A stretch of 64,000 bases of DNA from an uncultured Cytophagales bacterium (GTDB lineage: Bacteria; Bacteroidota; Bacteroidia; Cytophagales; Spirosomataceae): contig CAWGWS010000002.1 of assembly GCA_963826425.1 (NCBI GenBank), forward strand, positions 40,293 through 104,292, in the 5' to 3' direction. Under the pieces are notes generated by a model, which was not told where the DNA came from, made no database searches, and saw only the letters and a program-made list of their open reading frames with translations. Made by a program: the position numbers and the translations under genes. The first letter of the stretch is position 1, and every line of letters begins with the position of its first letter. Below, in pieces: positions 63,554-64,000 of this stretch.

Positions 63554-64000
63554 CTACGCCTTCCGCTTCACTCTGGAAAAAACATAGAACGTTTCGGTGG
63601 CAATCTGTTTGCACCGCTCGTCGTATTTCGCCGTTTCTTCGGGCTGGCCATCAAAAGCTTTCGGGTCGTCGTAAGGCGTGGCCACCCGTGCCGCAGCACC
63701 CCGGACGATGGGGCAGGCCTGGTCCGCTTGTGAGCAAGTCAAAACCGCGCAGAAATCGCGCTGGGGATTGGTGGCATCATCGTACCTCTTGGAGAAAGCG
63801 TTGATGGGTTCGGTATCTGATGCATAACTCACCTCATACCCCCCATTCGGACCCTCCGCTACTTTCCTGACCCTAAACCCTGCTCTGGAACAGGCTGCTG
63901 CCGCCCGTTCGTTGAAGGCACTCACCTCGGTACCCCCCGAAAAGGTTTTGACCTGAGGTATGCCATAGTAAACGGCAGCCGCTGCCGCCCAGATCTGGCC
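63554..64000 (-). CDS. Low-molecular-weight phosphatase family protein (protein-tyrosine-phosphatase / ArsC-like); N-terminus lies outside the window
   Basis: The frame stays open to the window edge: GQIWAAAAAVYYGIPQVKTFSGGTEVSAFNE precedes the ORF-track GTG. CSQADQACP and the overall pattern fit the LMW-PTP/ArsC family. Confidence 0.72.
   Translation of the reverse strand, partial: GQIWAAAAAVYYGIPQVKTFSGGTEVSAFNERAAAACSRAGFRVRKVAEGPNGGYEVSYASDTEPINAFSKRYDDATNPQRDFCAVLTCSQADQACPIVRGAAARVATPYDDPKAFDGQPEETAKYDERCKQIATETFYVFSRVKRKA

Noticed and set aside
1-64000. CRISPR arrays, transposases or IS elements, integrases, prophage genes, toxin-antitoxin pairs, restriction-modification or other recognisable defence modules
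   Set aside because: I scanned the ORF set and the intergenic sequence. I found no regularly spaced direct repeats beyond the small arrays listed, and no products with the corresponding motifs.

Overview
This window reads as densely packed core chromosome of a Bacteroidota organism, probably Cytophagales/Spirosomaceae-like. That judgement rests on GC of roughly 55-60% (by eye, not computed), a T9SS type-B sorting-domain protein, a Bacteroidota-style tmRNA tag, and the DUF3098, DUF3127, DUF4142 and DUF6580 families. I call about 62 protein genes, one tRNA-Leu(GAG), one tmRNA (ssrA) and a set of hairpin terminators, most of them between convergent genes. Recognisable blocks: ftsX-DUF3098-uppP-truB-ribF-DUF202; three DEAD-box helicases (one DeaD-like with long disordered arms, plus a divergent DbpA-like/RhlE-like pair); fba; OsmC/RluA-family/DinB/MtfA-like; ygiQ; a PQQ sugar dehydrogenase; an MBL-rhodanese fusion; tsaC/GT2/yihY/thioesterase/mltG; crtW-crtZ beside the tRNA; a DUF3127 protein; LysM-M23/trxB/OmpA-TPR/queE/nitrilase; two secreted amidohydrolases; DUF2071; an iodotyrosine-deiodinase-like nitroreductase; DUF4142; a GMC oxidoreductase with its Tat small subunit; the cobT-cobS-cobC-DUF6580 lower-ligand operon; and two Tat-signal Gfo/Idh/MocA oxidoreductases followed by a sugar MFS permease, nagA and nagB. 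I saw no CRISPR array, transposase, integrase, phage genes or recognisable defence system, and I cannot honestly claim a new multi-gene system here. The best leads are: (1) the DUF3127 protein has SSB-like architecture ending in DDSNDLPF; (2) a perfect 14-bp hairpin buries the start codon of the PQQ dehydrogenase at the end of a 468-nt leader; (3) the Tat-oxidoreductase/permease/nagA/nagB cluster; (4) a true nitrilase sits directly upstream of queE; (5) a 644-nt gene-free region lies upstream of the DeaD-like helicase; (6) small repeat arrays occur upstream of uppP and cobT and inside the dbpA-like gene. Family assignments come from motif recognition by eye. No database search, RNA covariance search or folding calculation was run.
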